From a virus (lineage: Duplodnaviria > Caudoviricetes), in the IMG/VR virus record IMGVR_UViG_3300032285_001531: a stretch of DNA of 64,000 nt; one strand, 5' to 3'. This document shows, piece by piece, positions 55,477 to 63,999 of the stretch. Each line of letters begins with the position of its first letter. Position 1 is the first letter of the stretch. The notes under the pieces are model-generated. The model searched no databases, was not told where the DNA came from, and saw only the letters and a program-made list of their open reading frames with translations. The position numbers and the translations under genes are program-made.

Positions 55477-55494
55477 TAATGTAGGAAAATAGTT

Positions 55495-56025
55495 ATGACA
55501 ATCGTTAGTAAAGACAATGTTTGGGGAATGCCGACTAAACAATACAAATACACTAGTACCAAAGAATACCACGATGCATTTCCATGTGCATATCGTCAAT
55601 GGAGAGCAGACAGCCATTGTAACTTGATTCATGGTTATAGTTTTAGTATGAAGTTTTACTTTGGTACTGACAGTTTAGATGTACGTAATTGGGCTGCTGA
55701 CTATGGTGGATTAAAAGAACTAAAAGGTATACTGGAAGATCAGTTTGACCATACGTTACTTGTAGCACAAGATGATCCAGAGTTAGAAACATTCAAATTA
55801 TTACAAGAAAAGAAACTTGCTAAATTGACAATTCTTCCAAAATTAGGATGTGAAGGTTTAGCCGATATGCTTTACAAGTACGTGAATGGAGTGTATATTT
55901 CTGATATGTGGGGAGAGGGTGAAGCTGAACGTCTTTGGTGTTATCGTGTAGAAGTACGTGAAACTCAAAGTAACATGGCTTTTAGAGAAGGTCATAGACA
56001 TTGGAATGAGGACTTGTTTAAATGA
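55495..56025 (+). CDS. queD: 6-carboxy-5,6,7,8-tetrahydropterin synthase
   Basis: CNLIHGY, DYGGLK.LK..LEDQFDH.LL, GCEGLA, VEVRET..N.A. Confidence 0.9.
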   Translation: MTIVSKDNVWGMPTKQYKYTSTKEYHDAFPCAYRQWRADSHCNLIHGYSFSMKFYFGTDSLDVRNWAADYGGLKELKGILEDQFDHTLLVAQDDPELETFKLLQEKKLAKLTILPKLGCEGLADMLYKYVNGVYISDMWGEGEAERLWCYRVEVRETQSNMAFREGHRHWNEDLFK

Positions 56026-56579
56026 AAACATTAGTTAGTTATGCCGAGGTTGAACTACATTGTTTAACTATAGCAAAACAAATGAGCAAAGACAAATGGA
56101 TACCTGATTATATTGTAGGTATAACACGTGGTGGACTTTTACCTGCTGTCTTGCTAAGTAACTGGTTTGACTGTAAAATGTACACATTAGATGTAAGACT
56201 GCGTGATGGTAAAGGTGATGGATGCGAAAGCAATCTATGGATGCCCGAAGATGCAATCGGGTATGTACCAGAAGATCAACGTGGTGAAAGTGGCACACGA
56301 GTAGATCCGGCACATCGTAAGAATATATTAATCGTTGATGATATTAATGATACTGGTGCTACTATCAATTGGATTATGCAAGATTGGAAGAAAAGTTGTT
56401 TACCTAACAATAGTGCATGGGATACAGTATGGGGAAACAATGTAAAAGTTGCTACACTATTTGATCGTGGACTATCAAGCAATAGTGAAATGCCGCATCA
56501 GTATACAGGTGTATTAGTTACACAAGACAATGATCCGGGTTGGGTTGTATTTCCCTGGGAAAGCTGGTGTGGAGAATAA
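56022..56579 (+). CDS. Type I phosphoribosyltransferase (xanthine/guanine PRT-like)
   Basis: IVGITRGGL.PA, PRPP-binding ILIVDDINDTGAT, WVVFPWE. Confidence 0.92.
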   Translation: MKTLVSYAEVELHCLTIAKQMSKDKWIPDYIVGITRGGLLPAVLLSNWFDCKMYTLDVRLRDGKGDGCESNLWMPEDAIGYVPEDQRGESGTRVDPAHRKNILIVDDINDTGATINWIMQDWKKSCLPNNSAWDTVWGNNVKVATLFDRGLSSNSEMPHQYTGVLVTQDNDPGWVVFPWESWCGE

Positions 56580-56590
56580 TAGGAGAATAT

Positions 56591-56794
56591 ATGAAAGAAC
56601 TTACAATTATAGAAAAAACTAATTTTAAATTAAAACTAAAACAATGGAAATGTGAAACACCTAACGAATTAAATTCTATTGAATTTGTACAAGAACAAAT
56701 CAATGATGAGGGTGATGTAACTACAACGTCAACATATAACTTTTTTATGACTGATGCTGAACTTAAAAAATTGGCTGAGAGTTTATCACAATGA
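56591..56794 (+). CDS. Hypothetical protein
   Basis: AGGAG SD; start moved to ATG 56591. Confidence 0.75.
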   Translation: MKELTIIEKTNFKLKLKQWKCETPNELNSIEFVQEQINDEGDVTTTSTYNFFMTDAELKKLAESLSQ

Positions 56795-57660
56795 GTAAAT
56801 TAAAGATTGCTGAGTTGTTCTACAGCATTCAAGGGGAAGGAAGGTACATGGGTGTACCTTCTGTCTTTTTAAGAACATTCGGATGTAACTTCAAATGTCA
56901 AGGATTTGGTATGCCTAAGGGTGAACTAAGTCATGAGGCAGATGAAGTCGCACGTACACACAATGAAATAGAAACTTTCTTCAACTACAAAGACTTACCT
57001 TTAGTTAAGACAGGATGTGATAGTTATGCTAGCTGGCATCCAAGTTTCAAAGACTTAAGTCCTATGCTTACAACTGATGCTATTGTAGAACGTATTATGG
57101 AAATGCTTCCATATAATGAATGGCGTGAAGAACATCTAGTTATTACTGGTGGTGAACCACTACTAGGATGGCAGAAGTCATATATTGATTTACTTCAACA
57201 TCCTAAGATGCAGTCATTAAAAGAAATTACATTTGAAACAAATGGCACTCAACCGTTATCGCAAGAGTTACAAGACTATTTGCGTTGGAAGCCTGATAGT
57301 TGGACACATCATAAAGGTTATTTTGCATTAACATTTAGTGTAAGTCCTAAACTAACTAGCAGTGGTGAAAAACACGAAGATGCAATCAAGCCTGAAATCG
57401 TAGTTGACTATGAACGTTTCGGTTATACATATCTTAAGTTTGTTGTTGCTACAGAAGAAGATGCACAAGAGGCATTAGAAGTGACTAAGATGTATAGAGA
57501 AGCAGGATTCGTTGGACCTGTATACTTAATGCCAGTGGGTGGTGTTGAGAGTGTATATTCATTAAACAATCGTAGAGTAGCAGACCTTGCTATGAAACAT
57601 GGTTTACGTTATAGTGATAGACTACAAGTGCCTCTCTTTAAGAATGAGTGGGGAACATGA
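56791..57660 (+). CDS. queE: 7-carboxy-7-deazaguanine synthase (radical SAM)
   Basis: ELFYSIQGEG, FLRTFGCNFKC...CDS, VITGGEPL, ETNGT, SVSPK, R.SDRLQ. Confidence 0.93.
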   Translation: MSKLKIAELFYSIQGEGRYMGVPSVFLRTFGCNFKCQGFGMPKGELSHEADEVARTHNEIETFFNYKDLPLVKTGCDSYASWHPSFKDLSPMLTTDAIVERIMEMLPYNEWREEHLVITGGEPLLGWQKSYIDLLQHPKMQSLKEITFETNGTQPLSQELQDYLRWKPDSWTHHKGYFALTFSVSPKLTSSGEKHEDAIKPEIVVDYERFGYTYLKFVVATEEDAQEALEVTKMYREAGFVGPVYLMPVGGVESVYSLNNRRVADLAMKHGLRYSDRLQVPLFKNEWGT

Positions 57661-57887
57661 TGGGATATTCTTATGAAGGACAAAAGTATGTAGTCTATGA
57701 TTACATACTAATTTGGAATTTACAATTTTGTTGGTTCCCAAAAAAATGTCATAGGTCAAATAAATTAATTTGGCTTAAACATGCATATAAAGGTATTCAT
57801 AAATTAACTGGTCCTGGTTATAACATTGACGTAGAAGTATGGCATCATCCATACGAACATATGAGATTTATTTTAGAGGCAGTATGA
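57657..57887 (+). CDS. Hypothetical protein
   Basis: Coupled by ATGA overlaps at both ends. Confidence 0.65.
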   Translation: MMGYSYEGQKYVVYDYILIWNLQFCWFPKKCHRSNKLIWLKHAYKGIHKLTGPGYNIDVEVWHHPYEHMRFILEAV

Positions 57888-59233
57888 GAACGTATGATAA
57901 ACGTATAGCATTTTTAGTTAGTTATCAAACATTGATTCCTCATGGGGGCATAGGACAATTCACTAAAAGTTTTATTGAGTTGATGGATAGCCACAATATC
58001 AAAGTAGATATCATAACTGACAAGAAACCACAAGACAGTGAATTCATTAAATCAATCAATACTAATATAATCTATCCAGATGAGTCATTACCATATACCG
58101 ATCATAGTGCTATCTTTATGTACGGTGATAGTTATTGCTTTGAACGTATGGCAAACTTTCGTAATTCAATTATCAAAGCATTGACAAATAATCTATATGA
58201 TGCAATGATATGTAATACTTATGAAACTGTACAAGTTGCAAGTACTATGGGTCTAGAAGATGTTATTCAAATCATTGCCTATACACACTTAGAAAGTCAA
58301 ATATTCAAAGATACTAAGAATCCTTTCTTACACAGTGTTAATGACATGATGCGTAAGCAATTAGAACTTAATGGATTATATGTGGGTACTCAAAGTAAAT
58401 TTAATCAATTGAATATTAGTGACACTGCATATCATCTTCCTATTCCAATCACAGAACAAGAGTTGTTAAAAGAATATCATAAACCTAGAGAAGGTGTATT
58501 GTTTATCGGTCGGTGGGAAGAAGGAAAGAATCCTGAACTATACTTAGATTTAATTGAGCAAACTAAATTACCTGCAAAAGTAATGACTAGTGCAAATGGT
58601 GCTAAAAAGTTTGAAGAACGACTGAAGAAGATCGGTGTCAAGTATGATATTCGTGTAGGTATCTTAGGCCCAGAGAAAGTTGATTTTATCACTGGTAGTC
58701 GTGTTGCATTTAATCCTAGCACAGTTGAAAGCTATGGTATGGCTTTTCATGAACAGCATATTCAATTGCCTACGTTTGTATTAGAGAATCAGCGTTGGAC
58801 AAAAAACTTTAATAGTAGTTACTTTTTGACAACTAATAAGAAAAACATGGCTAAGGATGTATTAGACATGTATAATCATAGTACTGATGCAAGTTTATGG
58901 TATGAGACTGGATCTTTGAAACATGCACAACAAATTGAAGCAGATATATTTCATAAATGGAATGAGTGTTTTAACAGTTTCACCCCAAAGCAAAGTAATA
59001 GCAATACAGCAAAAATATTGACTTATGATACCGTTGTTTATGCTGATTATATTAAAGATTTGGATAGAAATATGGTGTGTATTGATGACATACGAAGTGT
59101 GTTGACAAACAAGAAGAAGTATGCTACTATCTTGTATACTGATAACCACACAATATTATCAAAAGATAAAGATTATGTGCCAGTTATTAAAGATGAAACA
59201 GATTCATTCACTGATTTATTTGAATTTATATAA
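57884..59233 (+). CDS. GT-B (GT4-like) glycosyltransferase
   Basis: HGGIGQF, LFIGRWEEGKNP, FNPSTVESYGMAF.E. Start moved to 57884. Confidence 0.85.
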   Translation: MRTYDKRIAFLVSYQTLIPHGGIGQFTKSFIELMDSHNIKVDIITDKKPQDSEFIKSINTNIIYPDESLPYTDHSAIFMYGDSYCFERMANFRNSIIKALTNNLYDAMICNTYETVQVASTMGLEDVIQIIAYTHLESQIFKDTKNPFLHSVNDMMRKQLELNGLYVGTQSKFNQLNISDTAYHLPIPITEQELLKEYHKPREGVLFIGRWEEGKNPELYLDLIEQTKLPAKVMTSANGAKKFEERLKKIGVKYDIRVGILGPEKVDFITGSRVAFNPSTVESYGMAFHEQHIQLPTFVLENQRWTKNFNSSYFLTTNKKNMAKDVLDMYNHSTDASLWYETGSLKHAQQIEADIFHKWNECFNSFTPKQSNSNTAKILTYDTVVYADYIKDLDRNMVCIDDIRSVLTNKKKYATILYTDNHTILSKDKDYVPVIKDETDSFTDLFEFI

Positions 59234-59421
59234 TGATAACTATACCACATGACAAAATAAATGTAGTACATCATTATTTGAATACAGAAGTATCAAAGCG
59301 CCAATATTATTTTCACTCTGAGTTTGGAAATCATGATTGGAAAATTGAACGAAGTAATACTGATTGGGTATTACATGCCGATGTTAAACATGAAACATAT
59401 ATTGCATTAAGGTTTTTATGA
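59233..59421 (+). CDS. Hypothetical protein
   Basis: 62-aa coupled ORF. Confidence 0.65.
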   Translation: MITIPHDKINVVHHYLNTEVSKRQYYFHSEFGNHDWKIERSNTDWVLHADVKHETYIALRFL

Positions 59422-60476
59422 CATTTAATCAAAACGTAAAACGTATCGGCTTTGCTTGTAAATGGGCAGAGATCAACAAGAAGGGCGAAATTGCTAGTAC
59501 TGAAGGCTTAAACACCGGCGGTACTACTATGGCATGGGCAAATCGTCAAAGCCGTCGTGTTGCTGAAGAAAAAGTAATTGAGGTTGCTAAACGCAACATT
59601 ATGAACACTCATGCACTAATCAAAAAGGTAGCTACATTACCTAACGAATTGCGTATGTTACGTCTTACTAGTGACATGCTAAGTTTCTACACACATCCTG
59701 ATTGGCACGACTTCTGGCAATCTACTGATGTACAAAATAGTCTAGCACATTGGTTTGCACCATTAGGTGAGACTGCACGTGCTAATGATGTTCGTATTAG
59801 TTTTCACCCTGATCAATTTGTAGTTTTAGCAAGTGATCGTCCTGAGGTAGTAAATAAATCTATAGAGGAGTTTGAATATCATGTCTCAATGGCCAATTGG
59901 ATGGGCTTCGGCAAACAATTTCAAGACTGTAAAATCAACGTACACATATCGGGTAGAGCCGGTACCGAAGGTCTACGGAGTGCCTACAAACGACTCAGCC
60001 CCGAAGCAAGAAATTGCATCACAATCGAAAATGAAGAAATAAGTTATGGACTCAACGACTGTCTTACTATCTCTGACATCTGTCCTATTGTTATGGATAT
60101 TCATCACCATTGGATTAAAAGTAATGGTGAATACATCGACCCTAAAGATCCTCGGATCAAAATGGTGGTGGAAAGTTGGCGAGGTGTTAGGCCTGTCATG
60201 CATTTCAGCACTAGCCGTGAAGATATTCTTGTTGGTCACTCTCCCGATATTAGGCCTGATCTTGAAACTCTTCTCCTAGCAGGACATAAAAAACAATTTT
60301 TACGTGCGCACAGCGACTACTATTGGAACAACGAGGTTAACCAATGGGCATTGTCATTCAATGACCAATTCGATATAATGTGCGAGAGTAAAGCTAAGAA
60401 TCTAGCTAGTTTTAAATTATACGAAGGAAGTAAAAATGTTAAAGAAACTAAAGAACTTATTCTCGAAGAAGCCTAA
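59418..60476 (+). CDS. uvsE: UV-damage endonuclease
   Basis: RIGFACK, LRLTSD, SFHPDQF, IENEE, DIHHHW, HSDY, MCESKAK. Confidence 0.93.
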   Translation: MTFNQNVKRIGFACKWAEINKKGEIASTEGLNTGGTTMAWANRQSRRVAEEKVIEVAKRNIMNTHALIKKVATLPNELRMLRLTSDMLSFYTHPDWHDFWQSTDVQNSLAHWFAPLGETARANDVRISFHPDQFVVLASDRPEVVNKSIEEFEYHVSMANWMGFGKQFQDCKINVHISGRAGTEGLRSAYKRLSPEARNCITIENEEISYGLNDCLTISDICPIVMDIHHHWIKSNGEYIDPKDPRIKMVVESWRGVRPVMHFSTSREDILVGHSPDIRPDLETLLLAGHKKQFLRAHSDYYWNNEVNQWALSFNDQFDIMCESKAKNLASFKLYEGSKNVKETKELILEEA

Positions 60477-60843
60477 GAAAGAAGTAAAAGAAGTAGTAAT
60501 TAAGGCTCCTAAGAAAAAAGAACTAACACCTAAAGAAGAAGCTACATCTAAAGGTGAACCATATATTGCTATCTTAAAAGTAGAAATTGATGATAACAAT
60601 ATGAATAACGGTGCGTTTGATTTAGATTGGAATGATAAGTTTGTCATCAATCTAATACGTGCCGGATATAAACAACGTGATGATGATACTGATACTATTA
60701 TTGTTGAGCGTTGGTTTCAAAATGTATGTCGTAACATAGCGTTAGAGTTGTATGAGCAGGGACAAGCGGACCCAGATAAACGTGAACCACGTTATGGGCT
60801 TAATAAACGAGATTTAGGTAACAATAGAACAGAAGTTTCCTAA
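60436..60843 (+). CDS. Conserved hypothetical phage protein
   Basis: 135-aa ORF; FDLDWNDKF...L..AGY and IVERWF motifs. Confidence 0.75.
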   Translation: MLKKLKNLFSKKPKKEVKEVVIKAPKKKELTPKEEATSKGEPYIAILKVEIDDNNMNNGAFDLDWNDKFVINLIRAGYKQRDDDTDTIIVERWFQNVCRNIALELYEQGQADPDKREPRYGLNKRDLGNNRTEVS

Positions 60844-60869
60844 ATAAAAAATAATAGTAGGAGTATGTA

Positions 60870-62087
60870 ATGGCAAAGTTTTCTTTCAACTATTCAACTG
60901 CAGAAGTTAAAGAACGACCTGTAAACGAGTTGGATAAAAAGCCAGGCGACTATGATATTATCTCATTGGAAGATGAGATACTTTCAGTTATGTCAAAAGT
61001 TAAATTTGATTCTAATAATCTTAACTTGAATAAACCACAGCATGTTAGTGAAATGCCTGATTTTATGAAGTTAAAAGTTAGATTATTAAAAGTTGCTAGA
61101 GCAATACAACGTCCATACATGATGAACCACGCACTTAATATTTCATATGGATGGGATTCACGTAGACCATTATTTCCTGTTGTAGTTTATAATCCTTTAA
61201 CAGACGAATATTGGATTATTGAGGGTAATCATACTAGTATTGCTCAAGGTTATCGTGCGGCTACAGGTTCTTTCCCTGACTTCAATTCTGAAGAATGGCT
61301 CAATTTTGAAATTAAATGTCAAGTTGTTACATTAAACCCTGATAAAAACGGCAACGTAGATATGAGTTTTTGCCGCGATCATTTTACAGGCACCAACGGT
61401 GATGATAGAGAACCGTTAGATGAGTTTGATTTTTACAAAAACTATGTATTAAAGGTGCGTCAAGATTATGCAGGTGATCTGCAAAAATGTGACGATGATA
61501 ATGCAAAAAAATATTACAACTTACAAGTAACTGCAGAATCATGGGACTTAACTCCGGTTCATCCCAGAAGCGGTAGAAACACAATGCTTCCCGGTGCAAT
61601 TACTCATATCAAAGCTTTTACGAAATTAAAGATTGATGATATAAATTTTATAGGTAAAAATCACAAAGAGTTTTGGGACAATGAAGTTGTTGATGCAATT
61701 GAATTAGATCCACTTGCTACTTTGCGAAAACTTATTGACAAAAATAAATCTGATCCAGATGAATTTCATAGTAAACAACATAAAAAATTCATGTACGAGA
61801 TGGCTGCAGTAATGCAAAAATTTGGTACTACACCTTCAGGCTTCAAAGATTTTGCGGTTGACGTATGGAAAGAGTATTATCAGAGAACAGCACTACTTGT
61901 AGAAAAGAAAATTCCAGCACCCCCTAAGGATTTTTCATTGATCTTATGGTTAAGATTACACAAAAAAGTGGGCGGTAAATACAATTGTATTCCTAACAGC
62001 GTGTACACACGTTTTATAGAAAATGATGTAGATGTTATTGAATGCTTACCAAAAGCTAAAAAGAAATTTTTTAAAGATTTTGCATAA
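60870..62087 (+). CDS. Hypothetical protein with a ParB/Srx-like N-terminal motif
   Basis: PVVVYNP....YWIIEGNHT resembles the ParB-like [IL]xDG.HR motif. Confidence 0.55.
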   Translation: MAKFSFNYSTAEVKERPVNELDKKPGDYDIISLEDEILSVMSKVKFDSNNLNLNKPQHVSEMPDFMKLKVRLLKVARAIQRPYMMNHALNISYGWDSRRPLFPVVVYNPLTDEYWIIEGNHTSIAQGYRAATGSFPDFNSEEWLNFEIKCQVVTLNPDKNGNVDMSFCRDHFTGTNGDDREPLDEFDFYKNYVLKVRQDYAGDLQKCDDDNAKKYYNLQVTAESWDLTPVHPRSGRNTMLPGAITHIKAFTKLKIDDINFIGKNHKEFWDNEVVDAIELDPLATLRKLIDKNKSDPDEFHSKQHKKFMYEMAAVMQKFGTTPSGFKDFAVDVWKEYYQRTALLVEKKIPAPPKDFSLILWLRLHKKVGGKYNCIPNSVYTRFIENDVDVIECLPKAKKKFFKDFA

Positions 62088-62089
62088 TC

Positions 62090-62509
62090 ATGTACAATTA
62101 TTCATATCTTGCATTGATACACGGTAAATGGAAACAAGGTGTTTGTGAAGTTGTAAAAGACAGATTTAAAGGTTATAACAAAGGCAACTTTAGTTTTTAT
62201 CCTTGTTTACTACATGTCATAGAAGAGGGACATGAGGAGCAGGTTAGTATATTAGAAACTAAAACGTTAGCCATTCTGTATGATTACCTTGAAAATCCTG
62301 AATTTTACACTAAACCAACAGAATATGTTGATCCTAAGTTTGAACATATAGATGAAAACTATATTAAAAATGTTATAGAGAAAATAATAAAGGAAAATAA
62401 TCTTAATTTTAGAAAAGTCAAAGAGGAGTTTCTCAAAGAATCAATTAAAGATCCTGACTTCTTAGAAAAAATAAGAATGTTTCCTGAAAAATATCTTGAA
62501 GGCTGTTGA
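62090..62509 (+). CDS. Hypothetical protein (possible degenerate GIY-YIG/T5orf172-like)
   Basis: Y.YLA...KWKQGV......RF..YN pattern; weak. Confidence 0.55.
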   Translation: MYNYSYLALIHGKWKQGVCEVVKDRFKGYNKGNFSFYPCLLHVIEEGHEEQVSILETKTLAILYDYLENPEFYTKPTEYVDPKFEHIDENYIKNVIEKIIKENNLNFRKVKEEFLKESIKDPDFLEKIRMFPEKYLEGC

Positions 62510-62511
62510 AC

Positions 62512-62540
62512 TTGACAGTGAATAGTAATTCTGTTATATT
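62512..62540 (+). promoter_or_regulatory. Sigma70-type promoter TTGACA-17 nt-TATATT (TG-extended)
   Basis: Perfect -35, 17-nt spacer; ATG at 62547. Confidence 0.85.
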
Positions 62541-62546
62541 ATACTT

Positions 62547-63551
62547 ATGAAAAAATACGCACTCATAGACACAGCTAACACATTCTTCCGTGCCCGTCAT
62601 GTGGCTAGTCGCAATACTGACACATGGGGTAAAATCGGCATGGCTCTACATTTATCACTTGCAAGTGTTAATCAAATTGCAAGAAAGTTTGGAGTAGACC
62701 ATGTAGTATTCTGCTTAGAGGGCCGTTCATGGCGTAAGGATTATTACGAGCCATACAAAAAAAATCGTATTGTTGATGCACAAGCACAAACAGATTCCGA
62801 ACGTGAAGAAAATGAAATGTTCTGGGATACATACGAAAAGTTCACAACTTATCTTATTGAAAAGACAAATGTAAGTGTAATCAGACATCCAGAAGCTGAG
62901 GCTGATGATGTTATCGCACGATTCATTCATTTACATCCTGATGATGAACACTTTATCATATCTAGTGACACTGACTATATTCAATTAATTGCACCTAATG
63001 TTAAGCAATACAATGGTGTTACTAATCAATTAATCACATTAGAAGGTTACTTTGACGATAGAGATAGACCTATCGTAGATAAGAAAACAAAAGAAACAAA
63101 GTTATTAGGTGACCCTGAGTTTGTTTTATTTGAAAAATGTATGCGTGGTGATGCAACTGATAATGTATTCAGTGCATATCCAGGTGTACGTACTAAAGGT
63201 TCTAAGAATAAAGTTGGTCTTACAGAAGCGTTTGAGGATCGTACTAAACAAGGCTTCAACTGGAATAACTTAATGTTGCAGAAGTGGGCCGATCATAACG
63301 GTGTAGAACATCGTGTTAGAGATGATTATGAACGTAATCGCACATTGATTGATCTTAAGGCACAACCACAAGAAATCAAAGATAAAGTTGATGAAGCTAT
63401 TATTACAGGAGTGCGTACTAATTCAACTCCTCAAGTAGGTATTCACTTTATGAAATTTTGTGGTAAGTATGAACTTACTAAAATTAGTGAACAAGCAGAA
63501 GCATACGCAAAATGGTTAAACAGTCCTTATACTGGATCATTAGTTAAATAA
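62547..63551 (+). CDS. rnh: T4 RNase H-like 5'-3' exonuclease (FEN family)
   Basis: LIDTAN.FFRA, SWRKD.Y..YK.NR, EADDVI, ISSDTDY.QL, GD.TDNV. Confidence 0.92.
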   Translation: MKKYALIDTANTFFRARHVASRNTDTWGKIGMALHLSLASVNQIARKFGVDHVVFCLEGRSWRKDYYEPYKKNRIVDAQAQTDSEREENEMFWDTYEKFTTYLIEKTNVSVIRHPEAEADDVIARFIHLHPDDEHFIISSDTDYIQLIAPNVKQYNGVTNQLITLEGYFDDRDRPIVDKKTKETKLLGDPEFVLFEKCMRGDATDNVFSAYPGVRTKGSKNKVGLTEAFEDRTKQGFNWNNLMLQKWADHNGVEHRVRDDYERNRTLIDLKAQPQEIKDKVDEAIITGVRTNSTPQVGIHFMKFCGKYELTKISEQAEAYAKWLNSPYTGSLVK

Positions 63552-63589
63552 GACATCATTTGGGAACGGAAAAATGACTAAATATTTTA

Positions 63590-63805
63590 ATGCTATATAT
63601 CTCAAATTCGGGGCTTACTACAATGTACATAGTAACTAATGACGAAGGTCAAATACTATTATACACCTCAGACTCAAGAATGGCAAATTACGTAAATGCT
63701 AGAAGTAAGGGAATTGATTCTGAATTTCGTTTACGTGTTGGCGGTGATCCGGGAACTAAAACATCTAAATCTATTTGGCATCACGTTAGACAATTCTATA
63801 AATGA
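63590..63805 (+). CDS. Hypothetical protein
   Basis: 71-aa ORF starting 5 nt after a CTAAATA motif (63578-63584). Confidence 0.6.
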   Translation: MLYISNSGLTTMYIVTNDEGQILLYTSDSRMANYVNARSKGIDSEFRLRVGGDPGTKTSKSIWHHVRQFYK

Positions 63806-63999
63806 CAGTTGCAGTAAATATACATAATCTAGAAAGCACCGAGGAAGTAGAAAAGTTAATAACCTATGCGGTAAAAAACTGTAAGGGCTTTAGGGGTGCT
63901 GCGTATAAAGATGAATTTGGTTTAGACTGTCCACTAGGAGTACAATTTTTTTTTGACACCGAAGAGGATGCAATCATTTTTAACTTGAAGGATATATGA
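63802..63999 (+). CDS. Hypothetical protein
   Basis: 65-aa ORF coupled by an ATGA overlap. Confidence 0.65.
   Translation: MTVAVNIHNLESTEEVEKLITYAVKNCKGFRGAAYKDEFGLDCPLGVQFFFDTEEDAIIFNLKDI

Noticed and set aside
1768-60650. Numerous 60-240-aa minus-strand and alternate-frame ORFs in the track (e.g. 4961-5683, 1768-2241, 9251-9619)
   Set aside because: Fully nested in well-supported + strand genes, with no motifs or RBS. Typical antisense ORFs caused by codon bias.
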